Assembly (NCBI GenBank): GCA_965216755.1
Contig: CBDCGL010000011.1
Span: forward strand, 4,789,306-4,853,305
Source: Alphaproteobacteria bacterium
GTDB taxonomy: Bacteria > Pseudomonadota > Alphaproteobacteria > UBA7887
Length of the DNA stretch: 64,000 bases
Reading direction: 5' to 3'
A program made the translations under genes and the position numbers. The stretch's first letter is position 1, and each line of letters begins with the position of its first letter. Below, in pieces: positions 10,643 to 22,249 of this stretch. Below the pieces are notes generated by a model. The model ran no database searches, was not told the DNA's origin, and saw only the letters and a program-made list of their open reading frames with translations.

Positions 10643-11344
10643 GTGACGGCGCCTGTGTCGGGTTGATCGGTACGAAAGAAATGCTACGACAACCGTGCAG
10701 CGTGGCGCAATCGTCGGCTGGTCCGCGCAAGATCTGTTGACAAAGCGCTATGTTGGGTTCACGGTTCTATGTGAGGCGTTTGCGGTGTTGGCCACTTGCG
10801 GTTTGTGTCGCAGTTACGCCCTGGCAGATGGGGTCGTCGCGCATGATCGCGATGTCCTCGCAATGGAAAAGGGGAGGTGAACAATGGCACCACCCAAAGG
10901 TTTCAAGGTCTATCCCGTTTGCAATGTGCTTGGGCTCGGATAGCAAGCCGAGTCCCTGTGGCGCGTTCTATCTGAGCCGTAGCCAGACAACCTAAAATTT
11001 GAACGTGGCGCGGTACACTTTGTGTGTACTGGGTCGCGGAAATATAGCGAACCAAAAATGGGGCGCTGTGGCCTAAGTGCCAATGAAACTGAACCCCGCC
11101 GGCATTGTGACTGGCGGGGTTCTCAGTCTGCGATGGCGAGCCAGAAAAAATCCGCCGCGTACGCCTCTCGCAATCCGACGCCGTCGCCAACGGATTTGAA
11201 TGCAAAAATATTGTAGCGCAATTGTATCGGGCGAGAGCTGCGGTCAGTGCGTTGCAACGATCAAAATAGGGGCACGGGAAGTAAACGACACTCGGATGAC
11301 GGTACGAAGAACTTGTGGACTTGGAGTGCCGCAGCATTTTGCAA

Positions 11345-12630
11345 GAGATATGCACGAATCTTGGTGACGGGGGATGATCAGGCGGTGGCGTGGGTTAGAT
11401 CATCCTGTTCAACACCGTCGACGAATGTGACGCCTTCGATGACTTTGGGCAATTGGCTTTGTCCATCAAGTTTGCGCCACGATGCCTGCGCCGCGCGGAT
11501 CAGCTTGAAGACCATGATCTTGGCGCTGGTGTGTGACCGACAGCCCTTGGCCTTGACGGTGCGATGGCGCACAGTGGCAAACGTGCTTTCAATCGGGTTC
11601 GTGGTCCGGATGTACTTCCGATGTTCGGCCGGGAACTCATAAAACGTCAGCAAGCGCTCGCGATCCTTAGCGAGGCAAGCGACGGCCTTGTCGTATTTCG
11701 CGCCACATTTGGCAACAAAACGATCGAATGCCTTTTCCGCGTCGGTGCGGCCTTCGGCCATCCAGATTTCCTTGAGATCGGCGCGAGCACCGGACTGAAC
11801 CGCTTTCGGCAGTTTGTTGAGAACATTGACGGTTTTGTGCACCCAACAGCGCTGATGACGGGTGGTGCCAATTCCTCTTCGAGGGCTTTCCAAGAGCCAA
11901 GCGCACCGTCGCCGACCGCGAGCTCCGGTGTCATCGCCAAGCCGCGTCCTTTCAGATCGGCCAGCAACTCGCGCCAGGATTGGCTGCTTTCCCGGTAGCT
12001 CGCTTGGAAGCCAATCAGCTCTATGCGACCCTCGGGTGTTGCACCAATGACAACCAGTATGCATTGCGCTTGCGGCTCCATTCGGGCCTGCAGATAGACA
12101 CCGTCCACCCAGATATAGACATAGTGCCGGGCCGACAGATCATGGCGCTGCCAGCGCTCGAACTCGCCCTGCCATTGGTTCTTGAGCCGCGACAGCACCG
12201 TCGGCGACAAGTTGGGGCCTGCTTACCGAGCAGGGCGGCAAGCGCCTCTTGGAAATTTCCGGTCGAGAGACCGCGCAGATCGAGCACGCGCGGCTGGCGC
12301 ACCACCACCGGACCAATCCCAGTTTGAATGCGGCGCTCCGGCAAATGTCCATGGCGCACCAGACGCGGGCGACCATCCGCCGTGGTCAGGTCTTCGTAGG
12401 CAGCCAGAAACGTCGCAACCTCCGCCTCGACCGCATGTACCAAAAGCGTCCGCGCGCCGAGTCGCAAGACTTCCGTCAACGGATCTTCAATTTCATCTGG
12501 TTGGCTTAACCGAACAACAGTATCTTCGCCGATGGCGTATCACTTCCTTTCGGGAGATGTGGCTGGCTCTTCACCGCCACGATACGCCACCTCCTTCTAC
12601 ACCGTCGTCACCAACTTTCGCTCATTGCTC
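11345..12630 (-). mobile_element. IS256-family element with a degenerate transposase
   Basis: Fragments VRHGHLPERRIQTGIG, YVYIWVDGVY, HQRCWVHK, IRTTNPIESTF in three frames; imperfect terminal IRs gagatatgcacgaatcttggtgacg / rc gagcaatgagcgaaagttggtgacg. Confidence 0.9.
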
Positions 12631-13695
12631 GATCATTCTTGACCTGGATGCCACCGACGACCCGATCCATGGCACCAAGAAGGGCGCTTCTTGCACGGTT
12701 ACTATGACATCTATTGCTATCTGCCGCTGTATATGTTCTGCGGCGATCATTTGTTGGTGGCGAAGCTGAGGCGGTCGAACATTGATGCCAGCGCTGGTGC
12801 GGTGAAAGAAATTGCCCGCATTGTCGAACGTATTCGGGCGCGCTGGCCACGCACACGGATTGTGCTGCGTGCGGATTCCGGCTTCGCGCGCGAGCACCTG
12901 ATGGCCTGGTGTGAACAAAACCGGGTCGACTATGTGTTCGGCCTGGCCCGCAACGTGCGCTTGATCGAGCATATCTCCAATCAGCTCGCCTGGGCCGAGG
13001 ACGAGGCCATCCGCAGTCGTCAAGCGGCGCGTCGGTTCGCCGATTTCCCCTCGATAACGTTGGACAGTTGGAGCCGCCGGCGGCGGGTCATCGCCAAGGC
13101 GGAGTGGATGCCGGGGCACGGCGAGCGCGGCGCCAATCCACGCTTCATTGTCACCTCGCTGTCGGCCAAGACCGGTGATGCTCGCAGCCTTTGTGAACAG
13201 CTCTATTGTGCACGCGGTGACATGGAAAACCGGATCAAAGAATGCCAGCTCCATTTGTTTGCCGACCGGACCTCAGCGGCGACCATGAAAGCCAACCAGC
13301 TCCGCCTTTGGTTTGCATCCATGGCCTTTGTGTTGCTTGCCACATTGCGCCGCATCGGCCTCAAACATACCCGCCTGGCGAAGGCTTCCTGTGCCAGCAT
13401 TCGCCTCAAACTTTTGAAGATCGGCGCCCAAGTCCGGGTCAGTGTCCGACGCATCCGCGTCGCTATGGAGTCAGCCTGTTCTTACGCCAGCGAGTTCACA
13501 CTTGCCCACATGCGCTTGTGTCGATGATCGCGTAAACCGCCCCCTGATCTCTTCCCGCAACCAGGACACCGCAGCTCTGGTCGAAACCACACCAAAGGTG
13601 CCACGGCCCCGCTGGTCTTCGTCACCTGTGATTGCCCCGACCCAGCTCGTCCTGCCTACTGCGCTCACGATCAACACACTCGTGAGATATTTGGG
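12631..13695 (+). mobile_element. IS1380-family copy 1 (3' part only)
   Basis: LDLDATDDPIHG, RADSGF, YCARGDMENRIKE; right IR ctcgtgagatatttggg followed by CTAA; 5' part lost at the IS256 end. Confidence 0.9.
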
Positions 13696-13748
13696 CTAAC
13701 AGAGAATCATGAGACCCCGCCCAAGACGAGTAGTTCTTCAGCAACCTG

Positions 13749-14363
13749 CTAGAGGGTTTCAGCGTCCAGATAGGCCCTGATCCGTTCGGCCATGACGTCG
13801 TCAGGTGTGTCGTGGGGGAATAGGGTTCGAAATCGGCCGTCCGGGCCCATGAGATATGTGATGCTGGCGTGGTCGACCAGATAGTCGTCAGCACCCTCAA
13901 CCCAATCCGGGATGACCTTGCGGCGATGCACACGATAGGCGCGGGCGACGGCCTGGATTTCAGCTTCACTGCCCGACAGGCCGACGAATCGCTCACCGAA
14001 GTGGGCCAGATAGGCGCCTAAAGTGCTGGCGTCATCGCGGCCCGGATCAATGGTGACGAATATTGGCACCACATCTTCGGCCGCCGCACCCAGCCTGTCC
14101 AAGGCCCGCGCCATGACTTCCAAGTTGGTCGGACAGATGTCTGGACAATAGGTGTAACCAAAATAAATCAGCATGAACTGTCCGGCGAAATCCGCGTCGG
14201 TCCTCCGGGCCCCGGTGTGGTCTGTCAGTGTAAACGGGCCACCGAACAGCGCCGCCAAAGGCGGTGCGCCTTCAGCTTGGTTAGACGGGTCGGCCGCGGC
14301 GGACCAGGCTAAAGCCAAAACCGATATGGCGACGCCGAGGCACAGAGCAAGGGGCCTTCCCAC
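13749..14363 (-). CDS. SCO1/SenC copper chaperone
   Basis: FGYTYCPDICP, VTIDPGRD, YLVDHAS; GTG start overlaps the upstream TAG stop. Confidence 0.9.
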   Translation of the reverse strand: MGRPLALCLGVAISVLALAWSAAADPSNQAEGAPPLAALFGGPFTLTDHTGARRTDADFAGQFMLIYFGYTYCPDICPTNLEVMARALDRLGAAAEDVVPIFVTIDPGRDDASTLGAYLAHFGERFVGLSGSEAEIQAVARAYRVHRRKVIPDWVEGADDYLVDHASITYLMGPDGRFRTLFPHDTPDDVMAERIRAYLDAETL

Positions 14364-14899
14364 TATTCGTCTGCTGGTTCCAATCCCGGGATGCCGAAGA
14401 CGCCGTCCCGCTCTAAGACTTCCGCGACCCTCGCATCGTGGCGGAACCATTGCTTACCCTCTTTTCCCTCATTGGCCTTCGACCATTCCTTGGTGAAAAA
14501 GTTGGCACGGCTCCATTTCCCGTCCGGCGCCAAACGCTTGAACTGCAGCGCAAACATCGGCATGACAGGGTCGTTGATCATCAGGCCGTCGGCAACAATT
14601 TCCTTGCCGCAGAACGGCACCAGATCGGCGGTGGCACCAGCGAAAATGTCGAAATTCTTCACCACCGGCACCAGGCGGCCGTCGTCGAGCAACAGCCCGA
14701 GCTGACGTTTGCCATTGCCGCAATTGTCGGTGCAGTCGCCGGTCACTTCGCACAGTAAGTCGACCACGGTCCCGGTCATGCGCGTCGCGACTTCGTGCTC
14801 GATACCCCATTCTTCGGCGGCGTCAACGGCCATTGCCAATCCGCTGAGCGCCACGATGCCAACAGCACCTGCGGCAATCCAATCGGCCAGTTTGATCAT
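14363..14899 (-). CDS. Secreted Cys-motif hypothetical protein
   Basis: Signal peptide; GTVVDLLCEVTGDCTDNC..RQLGLLLDDG. Confidence 0.8.
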   Translation of the reverse strand: MIKLADWIAAGAVGIVALSGLAMAVDAAEEWGIEHEVATRMTGTVVDLLCEVTGDCTDNCGNGKRQLGLLLDDGRLVPVVKNFDIFAGATADLVPFCGKEIVADGLMINDPVMPMFALQFKRLAPDGKWSRANFFTKEWSKANEGKEGKQWFRHDARVAEVLERDGVFGIPGLEPADE

Positions 14900-14903
14900 C
14901 GCG

Positions 14904-15353
14904 CTACTCCCCGAACGGCTGGATGCCGTAATCTTCGTGGGTCAAGTCGACGATGCCATGATCTTCCGCCACCTGCGCTACGATCAGGTAGTTGACGCCG
15001 TCGCGAACGTACAGATCGCCATCGACCGTCACCCTGTGGGTTTGAATATCGACGATGGTCGGATTGGCCACGCTGGTGTCGTCCTGGTCCACTTTCAGCA
15101 CCATATAGACCTGCCCATCGTCGGCCAAAATGCTGACGGGAATCCCCCCAAGCGCACACCAGACCGCGCATTTGTGGTGGGCCGTGCCTTCGGCATACAT
15201 GATTTCGGTGATATAGCACCAGGTATCGATGATCTCTCCGCTGACCTGAACACGTTCCGCTTCGGACGCGGCCTGTACGGTTCCGACTGGGGCCAACAAC
15301 ATGGCCCAAATGGCGCAGACCAGTGCAAGGCCTACCTTGCGCAGTTGATGCAT
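14904..15353 (-). CDS. Secreted Cys/His-motif hypothetical protein
   Basis: Signal peptide (AQ/QA cleavage-like); GEIIDTWCY..GTAHHKCAVWCALGGIPVSILADDG; GGAAGGA RBS. Confidence 0.8.
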   Translation of the reverse strand: MHQLRKVGLALVCAIWAMLLAPVGTVQAASEAERVQVSGEIIDTWCYITEIMYAEGTAHHKCAVWCALGGIPVSILADDGQVYMVLKVDQDDTSVANPTIVDIQTHRVTVDGDLYVRDGVNYLIVAQVAEDHGIVDLTHEDYGIQPFGE

Positions 15354-15636
15354 CGGTTATCCTTCCCCTTGCGTTTTGGGTCGGGCCCGAATGACTCCCG
15401 AGGCCTGACCGGCCAAAGAGGCTAGGGAGATTTTGGAACCTCAACAAGTCACGCGTGGTCATATTCGCGTGAGGCAATAGCATCCATCCGTACCACGGTC
15501 AGAGACACATGACGCGTACGTGCAGTCAGCACGCGCTGGCGAAATTAATGCGTGCTCGGGCGCTGCTCGTACTTCCCAGCCCAGAAACGCAAGCCGTAGA
15601 AGTCGAATTCAAACGATTCGTCGAGATCGCGCGAGA

Positions 15637-16381
15637 GCAATGTGGCAAGCAACACAAAGGCCATGGATGCAAACCAAAGGCGGAGCTGGTTGGCTTTCAT
15701 GGTCGCCGCTGAGGTCCGGTCGGCAAACAAATGGAGCTGGCATTCTTTGATCCGGTTTTCCATGTCACCGCGTGCACAATAGAGCTGTTCATAAAGGCTG
15801 CGAGCATCACCGGTCTTGGCCGACAGTGAGGTGACAATGAAGCGTGGATTGGCGCCGCGCTCGCCGTGCCCCGGCATCCACTCCGCCTTGGCGATGACCC
15901 GCCGCCGGCGGCTCCAACTGTCCAACGTTATCGAGGGGAAATCGGCGAACCGACGCGCCGCTTGACGACTGCGGATGGCCTCGTCCTCGGCCCAGAACCG
16001 GATCGTAGCGAAGCTCGTCGTGATCGATCACATCTTCATAGCCGAGCGCAATACCAAACACCCGTTGCCCAAGCAGCGTTCGGACATCGTGCACAACCCG
16101 TTCCGCAATACGACTATCTACGAAGCAATCGGCAAACCGATCGACCAGCCCAATCGCTTGATCGGTCGCGCCAAGCAACAGAGAACCGGCATCTGAGGTG
16201 ATGGCGCCACCATCGAAGTGCGCGACCACACGGCGTCCATCAACGCGTGTAAAAACCATCGACTTCGGGGTACACTCTGTCGGCATTGGGGCGTTCCTCT
16301 GAGTTGGTTTAAGCCTTTCTTCCAAAAGAACTTTTCCATACTCAGTGCACCCATGCACTCATTTCTCGTGACATATCCGGG
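15637..16381 (-). mobile_element. IS1380-family copy 2 (left IR present, internal deletion, 3' truncated)
   Basis: FDGGAITSDAG N-terminus; near-identical DNA to copies 1 and 3; left IR cccggatatgtcacgag preceded by CTAA. Confidence 0.9.
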
Positions 16382-16846
16382 TTAGACAAAACCGCCAAAC
16401 AGACGGGCCGATCCCCACCGGCTTTTGACCACTATCTATCGGCAAACAAGGTTTGGCCAGACGACGCCCGAGGTTTGAAACGCGCAGAGATGTTGGCCAG
16501 CGAGCTTCGGTTCAATGCAATCGCACGGTTTGTCCCCAGGCTGCCAAAAACATGTTTACGGCTAATCGGATGAAAAAGCCAAAGCACATGCCCAATGCGG
16601 CGGCTTCTCCGATGATCGCAGCTCCGTCAGCTCCGGACCGAAAGCCTTGAAATGTCTTTTTGACTTCCAGCGTCCGATCCAGACTTCAATGCTCTTTGAG
16701 GCCGAAGTTTGACCCGATTCAGACATTTCGATAGGCACTTGCTGCGCCAAAGCGCGTGCACCGATGATCTAAGTGGCCGTGCGATCTTGCACCTGCGTGA
16801 AACACTGTACAATTGACGGCCGAGCGAACGAGGGAACCGAACTCCG

Positions 16847-18013
16847 ATGACTGCGATAAAGGCGATCGCCGCAATGCATGACGATCTCGTGACTTGGCGA
16901 CGAGATATCCACGCACACCCTGAACTGGGATTCGATGAAACTCGAACCTCGGAATTCGTGGCCGAGAGATTGCAAGCGTTCGGATTGCAAGTGCACCACG
17001 GGCTCGCGAAAACCGGCATTGTTGCGACGTTACAGGCCGGCACGCGCGATCGAGCGATCGGGCTGCGCGCTGACATGGATGCTCTGCCGATCCAGGAATC
17101 GAACGATTTTGATCACCGCTCGCGCTACGGCGGCAAAATGCATGCCTGCGGTCATGATGGACACACCACGATGCTGCTCGGGGCGGCGCGCTATTTAGCT
17201 GACCACCGATCATTCGACGGTTCCGTCCATTTCATATTTCAACCGGCGGAAGAAGGAATGGGTGGCGCGAAGTTGATGATCGCCGAAGGCCTTTTCGATC
17301 GGTTTCCGATGAAAAATGTTTACGGCATGCACAACAGCCCTGGCATGCCCGTCGGAACATTTGCCATTCGGCCCGGTCCGATGATGGCAGGCGGCGCATT
17401 TTTCGATATCGCGATCGATGGAGTCGGCGCCCATGGCGCGCGCCCGGAGCACAGCGTGGACCCGGTGATTGTCGCAAGCCACATCACAACTGCGCTGCAA
17501 ACCATTGTTGCGCGGAACACCAAACCGGTCGATACCGCGGTGGTCAGCGTCACCCAAATTCAAACTGGCGACGCCTACAACGTGATCCCGCAAACCGCAC
17601 ACATGAAGGGCACCGTACGCGCGTTCAGTAGAGAGACCATGCAGCTGATCGAAGAGCGAATGCGGGCTATTGCCGAGGGCGTCGGTCGAGGTTTGGGCGC
17701 GAACGTCAGCGTCGACTTCCGGGAAACTTTCGCCCCGGTGATCAACGACCCAACTGAAGCCGAGATTGCCGCGGATGCGGCGGCAGAGCTGGTCGGTGAG
17801 AACAACGTCAACCGCAATCGGTCGCTGATAATGGGTTCAGAAGACTTCAGCTACATGCTCGAAAAGTGCCCCGGCGCCTACATCCGAATCGGCAACGGCT
17901 CTGGGGAAAGCTCGTGTCACGTGCACAACCCTGCCTACGATTTCAACGATGATATATTGTCGTTGGGCGCGAGCTACTGGGCGCGCTTGGTGGCCCGAAA
18001 ACTCGCCGCCTGA
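16847..18013 (+). CDS. M20D amidohydrolase (hippurate hydrolase-like)
   Basis: RRDIHAHPELGF, LRADMDALP, MHACGHDGH, FQPAEEG, GSEDF, HNPAYDFND. Confidence 0.93.
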   Translation: MTAIKAIAAMHDDLVTWRRDIHAHPELGFDETRTSEFVAERLQAFGLQVHHGLAKTGIVATLQAGTRDRAIGLRADMDALPIQESNDFDHRSRYGGKMHACGHDGHTTMLLGAARYLADHRSFDGSVHFIFQPAEEGMGGAKLMIAEGLFDRFPMKNVYGMHNSPGMPVGTFAIRPGPMMAGGAFFDIAIDGVGAHGARPEHSVDPVIVASHITTALQTIVARNTKPVDTAVVSVTQIQTGDAYNVIPQTAHMKGTVRAFSRETMQLIEERMRAIAEGVGRGLGANVSVDFRETFAPVINDPTEAEIAADAAAELVGENNVNRNRSLIMGSEDFSYMLEKCPGAYIRIGNGSGESSCHVHNPAYDFNDDILSLGASYWARLVARKLAA

Positions 18014-18698
18014 CGCTGATGCCCCGATGAGACACGATGCCGGCGACGGTGATCGCCGCCTCGCGTCTCGGACGGACGTCACCAGTACGCTGCCATTGCT
18101 CAACCCAATTGATCACCGTTGAAGCCGCGGCCCCACCCTACCAACATCCCGCGCGCCATGCTCTGTGCCACGCTCACAACTTTATATGCCACGAAATCCG
18201 TTCGTATGATCATGAGTTGTCTCTTGCCTCGGGCTTCGGGAAAAGCGAGTGCGTTCGGCCGCGCACGACACGACGACACCCGGCAACTACCGAAACAACA
18301 CGGTCACGCCATGAACCCGTGACCGTAACATACGTGGCAACGTTTTTGCTGTGGCGCATCATGACCTCGTTTCTGGCTGTTGGTGGGGTGGCCGCGGCGT
18401 AGACAGACACCTCGTTTAAACCCCATCAAAAAGTCAGATCCGCCACATGGCCGATATTTGCGCGACCACACGGGCCTTATTTTGCTCTCTCCACGACACT
18501 TTTGGACACGCCGAACACCACGCACCTGTCCTTGCCAACCAAGTTGGGGTTTTGTACCACGGCGACGGCTTTCGATTGGCCACATCTGTTGGGTGACACG
18601 CCTTTCGCCTGGGTCTTGTCGGACACGCGCCGCTTTATGCCCTATATTTCATGCAGGCGCGATACACTAATGGCCCAAGAGGAGTGGTCGAAAATCCG

Positions 18699-20333
18699 AT
18701 GCTGAGGACATTCGCTTTCTACAGATTTATATTCATGCTTGGATTGGTCGGCGGCGCCGCGTTCCTTTATTTCAAACCTTGGCCGTATGACGCTCTGCGC
18801 CAAGCCTATCGTGGCACCGATCCAGCTGTCCAGATTGGCCTGTCCCGACGGATTTCCTCTCAGTTCATTGACCTTGACCTGCAAAAGCTTTCATTCGTCG
18901 CGAATAACTCGTACGACGATTCCGCTGGTGCCATAGCGCCCGCCGGCGGACTGGGTATTTATATGAACGATGCGCTGCTCGTCGACGGTCACGGCAAGCT
19001 CTTCTTCCTCAGCCTTGACGATCTGCAATTCCATCGTCTCAACATCGAGCCACCGCCGAATGGCCGACGTGAACTTTATGCATATGACGACCGAGAAAGT
19101 CCGCCGAAATATGAAGCAGACGATTGGCACCGCTACACAGACGTCGCCTACAACAACGGCTATATATACCTGATCTATTCCCATTTTGACTTGGAGTTGG
19201 CGTGTTTTGCAACACGTGTCTCACGGTTAGCGGTCACCGCGCCAATCATCGAATTTCGTGCGGACGTGCATGATTGGGAAACTATCTTTTCAAGCCAACC
19301 GTGCTTTGGTTTCAGAGATCGCCGGCACGCCTACGCCGGGCAGCAGGCTGGCGGCAAGTTGGCTGTTTCCGTCGACGGTAAGCGCCTTTTCATGACGATC
19401 GGTGACTACGAATTCGACGGCCTCAACGTTCCCAACTACCCACAGGATAGGACCGTTGACTATGGCAAGGTTCTTGAACTCGATCTCGAAAGCGAGAGCA
19501 AGCGCCGCGTTGTGTCGATCGGCCATCGCAATCAACAAGGTATTACCGTCACGCCCGACGGGGCGATTTGGTCGACCGAACACGGCCCCCAAGGCGGCGA
19601 TGAACTGAATTTGGTAATTGAGGGCGGCAACTATGGTTGGCCCTACGAGACCTATGGCACACTGTACGGCCAACGAGACTGGCCTGTTGCCGAAAACAAA
19701 GGACGCCATGAACGATTCAGGCAACCGAGTTGGGCCTGGGTACCGTCCGTCGGCACGAGTAGCGTTACCTATGTGCGTGATTTTCACGAAACTTGGGATG
19801 GTAATCTTGTTGTCGGCAGCCTGAAAGGCATGTCGCTCTTCAGAGTTGTGACCGATGGTGCTCACGTTATCACGATGGAGCGGGTAGAGATCGGCGAACG
19901 CGTGCGTGAAATCATTGGTCATCGCGGATTTCTGTTGGCCTACATGGATACAGGCAACATCTTTCGCATCGGTGCGGTGACGCCACCGCTCAACGATCAC
20001 GTCGAACGGCTTAGGACTTTGCTTTCCGCCACGACGCTGGAACATATGGACGCGTGTCTGGAATGCCACGGCCGCGGTATTGCAAGCGATGCGCCAACAT
20101 TGTGTACGGTTTTAGGCCGAGAAATCGGCGGCGACAAATTTGCCAACTACTCGGACGCACTCAAGCGACAATCCGGGGTCTGGGACAGCAAGAAACTCGC
20201 GTCTTTTCTGGAGAACGCCGAGGGCATCATTCCGGGCACCACCATGCCCAACCCGGGCATCGCCGACCCAGAGATCCGAATGGACATTGTCGACAATCTC
20301 AGCTATTTCTGCGCGTCAGATCCGGCACCATAG
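18699..20333 (+). CDS. PQQ-dependent sugar dehydrogenase-type (GSDH) beta-propeller fused to a C-terminal cytochrome c
   Basis: N-terminal TM; GHRNQQGI, EHGPQGGDELN, GGNYGWP; CLECH and PGTTMP. Confidence 0.88.
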   Translation: MLRTFAFYRFIFMLGLVGGAAFLYFKPWPYDALRQAYRGTDPAVQIGLSRRISSQFIDLDLQKLSFVANNSYDDSAGAIAPAGGLGIYMNDALLVDGHGKLFFLSLDDLQFHRLNIEPPPNGRRELYAYDDRESPPKYEADDWHRYTDVAYNNGYIYLIYSHFDLELACFATRVSRLAVTAPIIEFRADVHDWETIFSSQPCFGFRDRRHAYAGQQAGGKLAVSVDGKRLFMTIGDYEFDGLNVPNYPQDRTVDYGKVLELDLESESKRRVVSIGHRNQQGITVTPDGAIWSTEHGPQGGDELNLVIEGGNYGWPYETYGTLYGQRDWPVAENKGRHERFRQPSWAWVPSVGTSSVTYVRDFHETWDGNLVVGSLKGMSLFRVVTDGAHVITMERVEIGERVREIIGHRGFLLAYMDTGNIFRIGAVTPPLNDHVERLRTLLSATTLEHMDACLECHGRGIASDAPTLCTVLGREIGGDKFANYSDALKRQSGVWDSKKLASFLENAEGIIPGTTMPNPGIADPEIRMDIVDNLSYFCASDPAP

Positions 20334-20585
20334 GATCGGGTCCCGGTCCAGGCGCCACGCTCCGACTATGATCCTGCGGCTCCAACGTGGCAGCAATTTG
20401 ACCGCATTGTAGGCTCCCAGTCATCGTGGCTAAGTATGGCAAAATCGGAGCCACGTTGCCCGCCGCTATCTGTGTCGCCACGATCATGACATATCCCAAA
20501 CAATCGTACATCTGTTCTGTGGGATGAAGAATAGGCTGGCGCCCTGGACCAAACTAGAGCAGTGCATGGAAAGAATGATCTAACC

Positions 20586-21902
20586 ATGAACAGAAGACTT
20601 GGACGATATATCATCAGTACATTTGTGTTGATAATCGTCATGTTTGTCTCTGGATATTTGGGATACAAAGCCCATGAACATCGCCTATTCCCATTAAATT
20701 CCTTCGTAAAACGCACCCTTAAGGAACTTGGTGTGTTGGACGACGCCTATCGTTTGAGAGACCAGCAAAGAGTACAGATAGTCGAATCCATATTTAGGAC
20801 TATTGAAGTGGAAACAGCATACTACAATTTCGAAGGTAAGGTTTATGACCTTCCAACGTCCGACCAAACAAAATATGGCGGCATCGCGAAATTTGGCGAA
20901 GGCTTGGTGTTTGTAGATGGCGATGGCTTGATTTGGTATTTTGAGAATGGCAACTTCCACAATCTTAGCGTTAATCCAGTACCAAATAACAAAAGCGCGT
21001 ATCTGGATCGTGTGAGAAATATTGAAGAAATAGAGACCGAACTATTCGCAGTACGAGATATCGCGATTATTGAGCGCTCTAGTGAAAATATGTTTTATCT
21101 CTTTGCGTCGGCTACTGAGTACGATGCCTCAAGGGACTGCGTGACCCTGACGGTCTACCGGACACCGATTGCCGAAGCGACAGACAGTGCCCCCACGGTC
21201 GGTGAGTGGTCGACATTCTTTAACACAGCGACATGTCCTGAGGGCGAACTCTTCGACTTGCGCGAGGTTGGCGGACGCATCATTGAATACTCGGCAACCG
21301 ACTTATTGATTTCGGTGGGAGACTTCTATCGCGACGGTGTATACGGCTCCCAATTGGTGCAAAATGCCGAGACCCACTATGGAAAAATCATCAGCCTTAA
21401 CCTAGACACACTTGCAGTAGAGATTGTCTCGACGGGTCACCGCAATCCTCAAGGTCTGGTCATGACGGAAAGCGGCCAGGTCTTCTCAAGCGAACATGGC
21501 CCTCAGGGTGGGGATGAGGTGAATCTCATTTTGCCCGGCCGCAATTATGGATGGCCGCTGGTGACTTTTGGCACAAACTACGGCGAAAATTCTTGGCCCT
21601 TAGACAAAAGCTCTAAGGATCATTCTGGCTATGAGAAACCAATCTTTTCTTGGGTCCCTAGCGTTGGTATATCGAATCTTGTTGAAATACGCGGCCAAGC
21701 TTTTCCATTTTGGAAGAACGACTTGCTGGTTGGTTCTCTCAAGAGCGAAACATTATTTCGGATCAAATTAAATGGTGTTTCTGCAATTGTTATTGAACCA
21801 ATATATATTGGCTCTCGCATTCGAGACATCATCCCATTTGATGGGGGGTTTGCGCTACAATCCGATATGGAAAACCAGCTCATATTGCTTCGGCCAACCT
21901 AG
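20586..21902 (+). CDS. Second GSDH-type beta-propeller without cytochrome domain
   Basis: GHRNPQGL, EHGPQGGDEVN, GRNYGWP; N-terminal TM; visibly AT-richer. Confidence 0.88.
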   Translation: MNRRLGRYIISTFVLIIVMFVSGYLGYKAHEHRLFPLNSFVKRTLKELGVLDDAYRLRDQQRVQIVESIFRTIEVETAYYNFEGKVYDLPTSDQTKYGGIAKFGEGLVFVDGDGLIWYFENGNFHNLSVNPVPNNKSAYLDRVRNIEEIETELFAVRDIAIIERSSENMFYLFASATEYDASRDCVTLTVYRTPIAEATDSAPTVGEWSTFFNTATCPEGELFDLREVGGRIIEYSATDLLISVGDFYRDGVYGSQLVQNAETHYGKIISLNLDTLAVEIVSTGHRNPQGLVMTESGQVFSSEHGPQGGDEVNLILPGRNYGWPLVTFGTNYGENSWPLDKSSKDHSGYEKPIFSWVPSVGISNLVEIRGQAFPFWKNDLLVGSLKSETLFRIKLNGVSAIVIEPIYIGSRIRDIIPFDGGFALQSDMENQLILLRPT

Positions 21903-22249
21903 CAGGCTGCTGAAAAACGACGCGTCTTAAGCACGGTATCATGATTCTCTGGTGGGGCAGGATGGGGGATGCGATGCGTGGTCAGGACGGTCGGAGCGGT
22001 GATCTTTTTGGCTATGTGGATCTCGAGGAATGGGTTGCGAGGAAGCATCCTTTGCGCTTGATCCGGGTGATCGTGGACGATGTGCTTGAGAATTTATCGG
22101 CGGAGCTTGGCTCGGTTTATTCGGATTTGGGGCGGCCATCGATAGCGCCTGAGAAGCTTTTGCGCGCGCTGTTGTTGCAAGCGGCTTATTCGATCCGATC
22201 CGAACGTCAACTGATGGAACAGCTGGAATTCAACTTGCTCTACCGCTAG
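21903..22249 (+). mobile_element. IS5-family transposase 5' stub
   Basis: ATG at 21974: MRG..LFGYVDLEE..HPLRLIR..GRPSIAPEKLLRALLLQ..SERQLMEQL; end caggctgctgaaaaa directly after CTAG; cut by IS1380. Confidence 0.85.

Noticed and set aside
10884-10945. Short ORF MAPPKGFKVYPVCNVLGLG after a strong GGAGGT
   Set aside because: Only 19 aa with no other support; may be a decayed gene start
11088-11127. Hairpin gaaccccgcc..ggcggggttc as terminator or IS-end junction
   Set aside because: No gene ends next to it and no clear U-tract; cannot assign
12631-16381. Functional composite transposon carrying the SCO cassette
   Set aside because: Copy 1 has lost its outer end, both transposases are broken and there is no shared TSD
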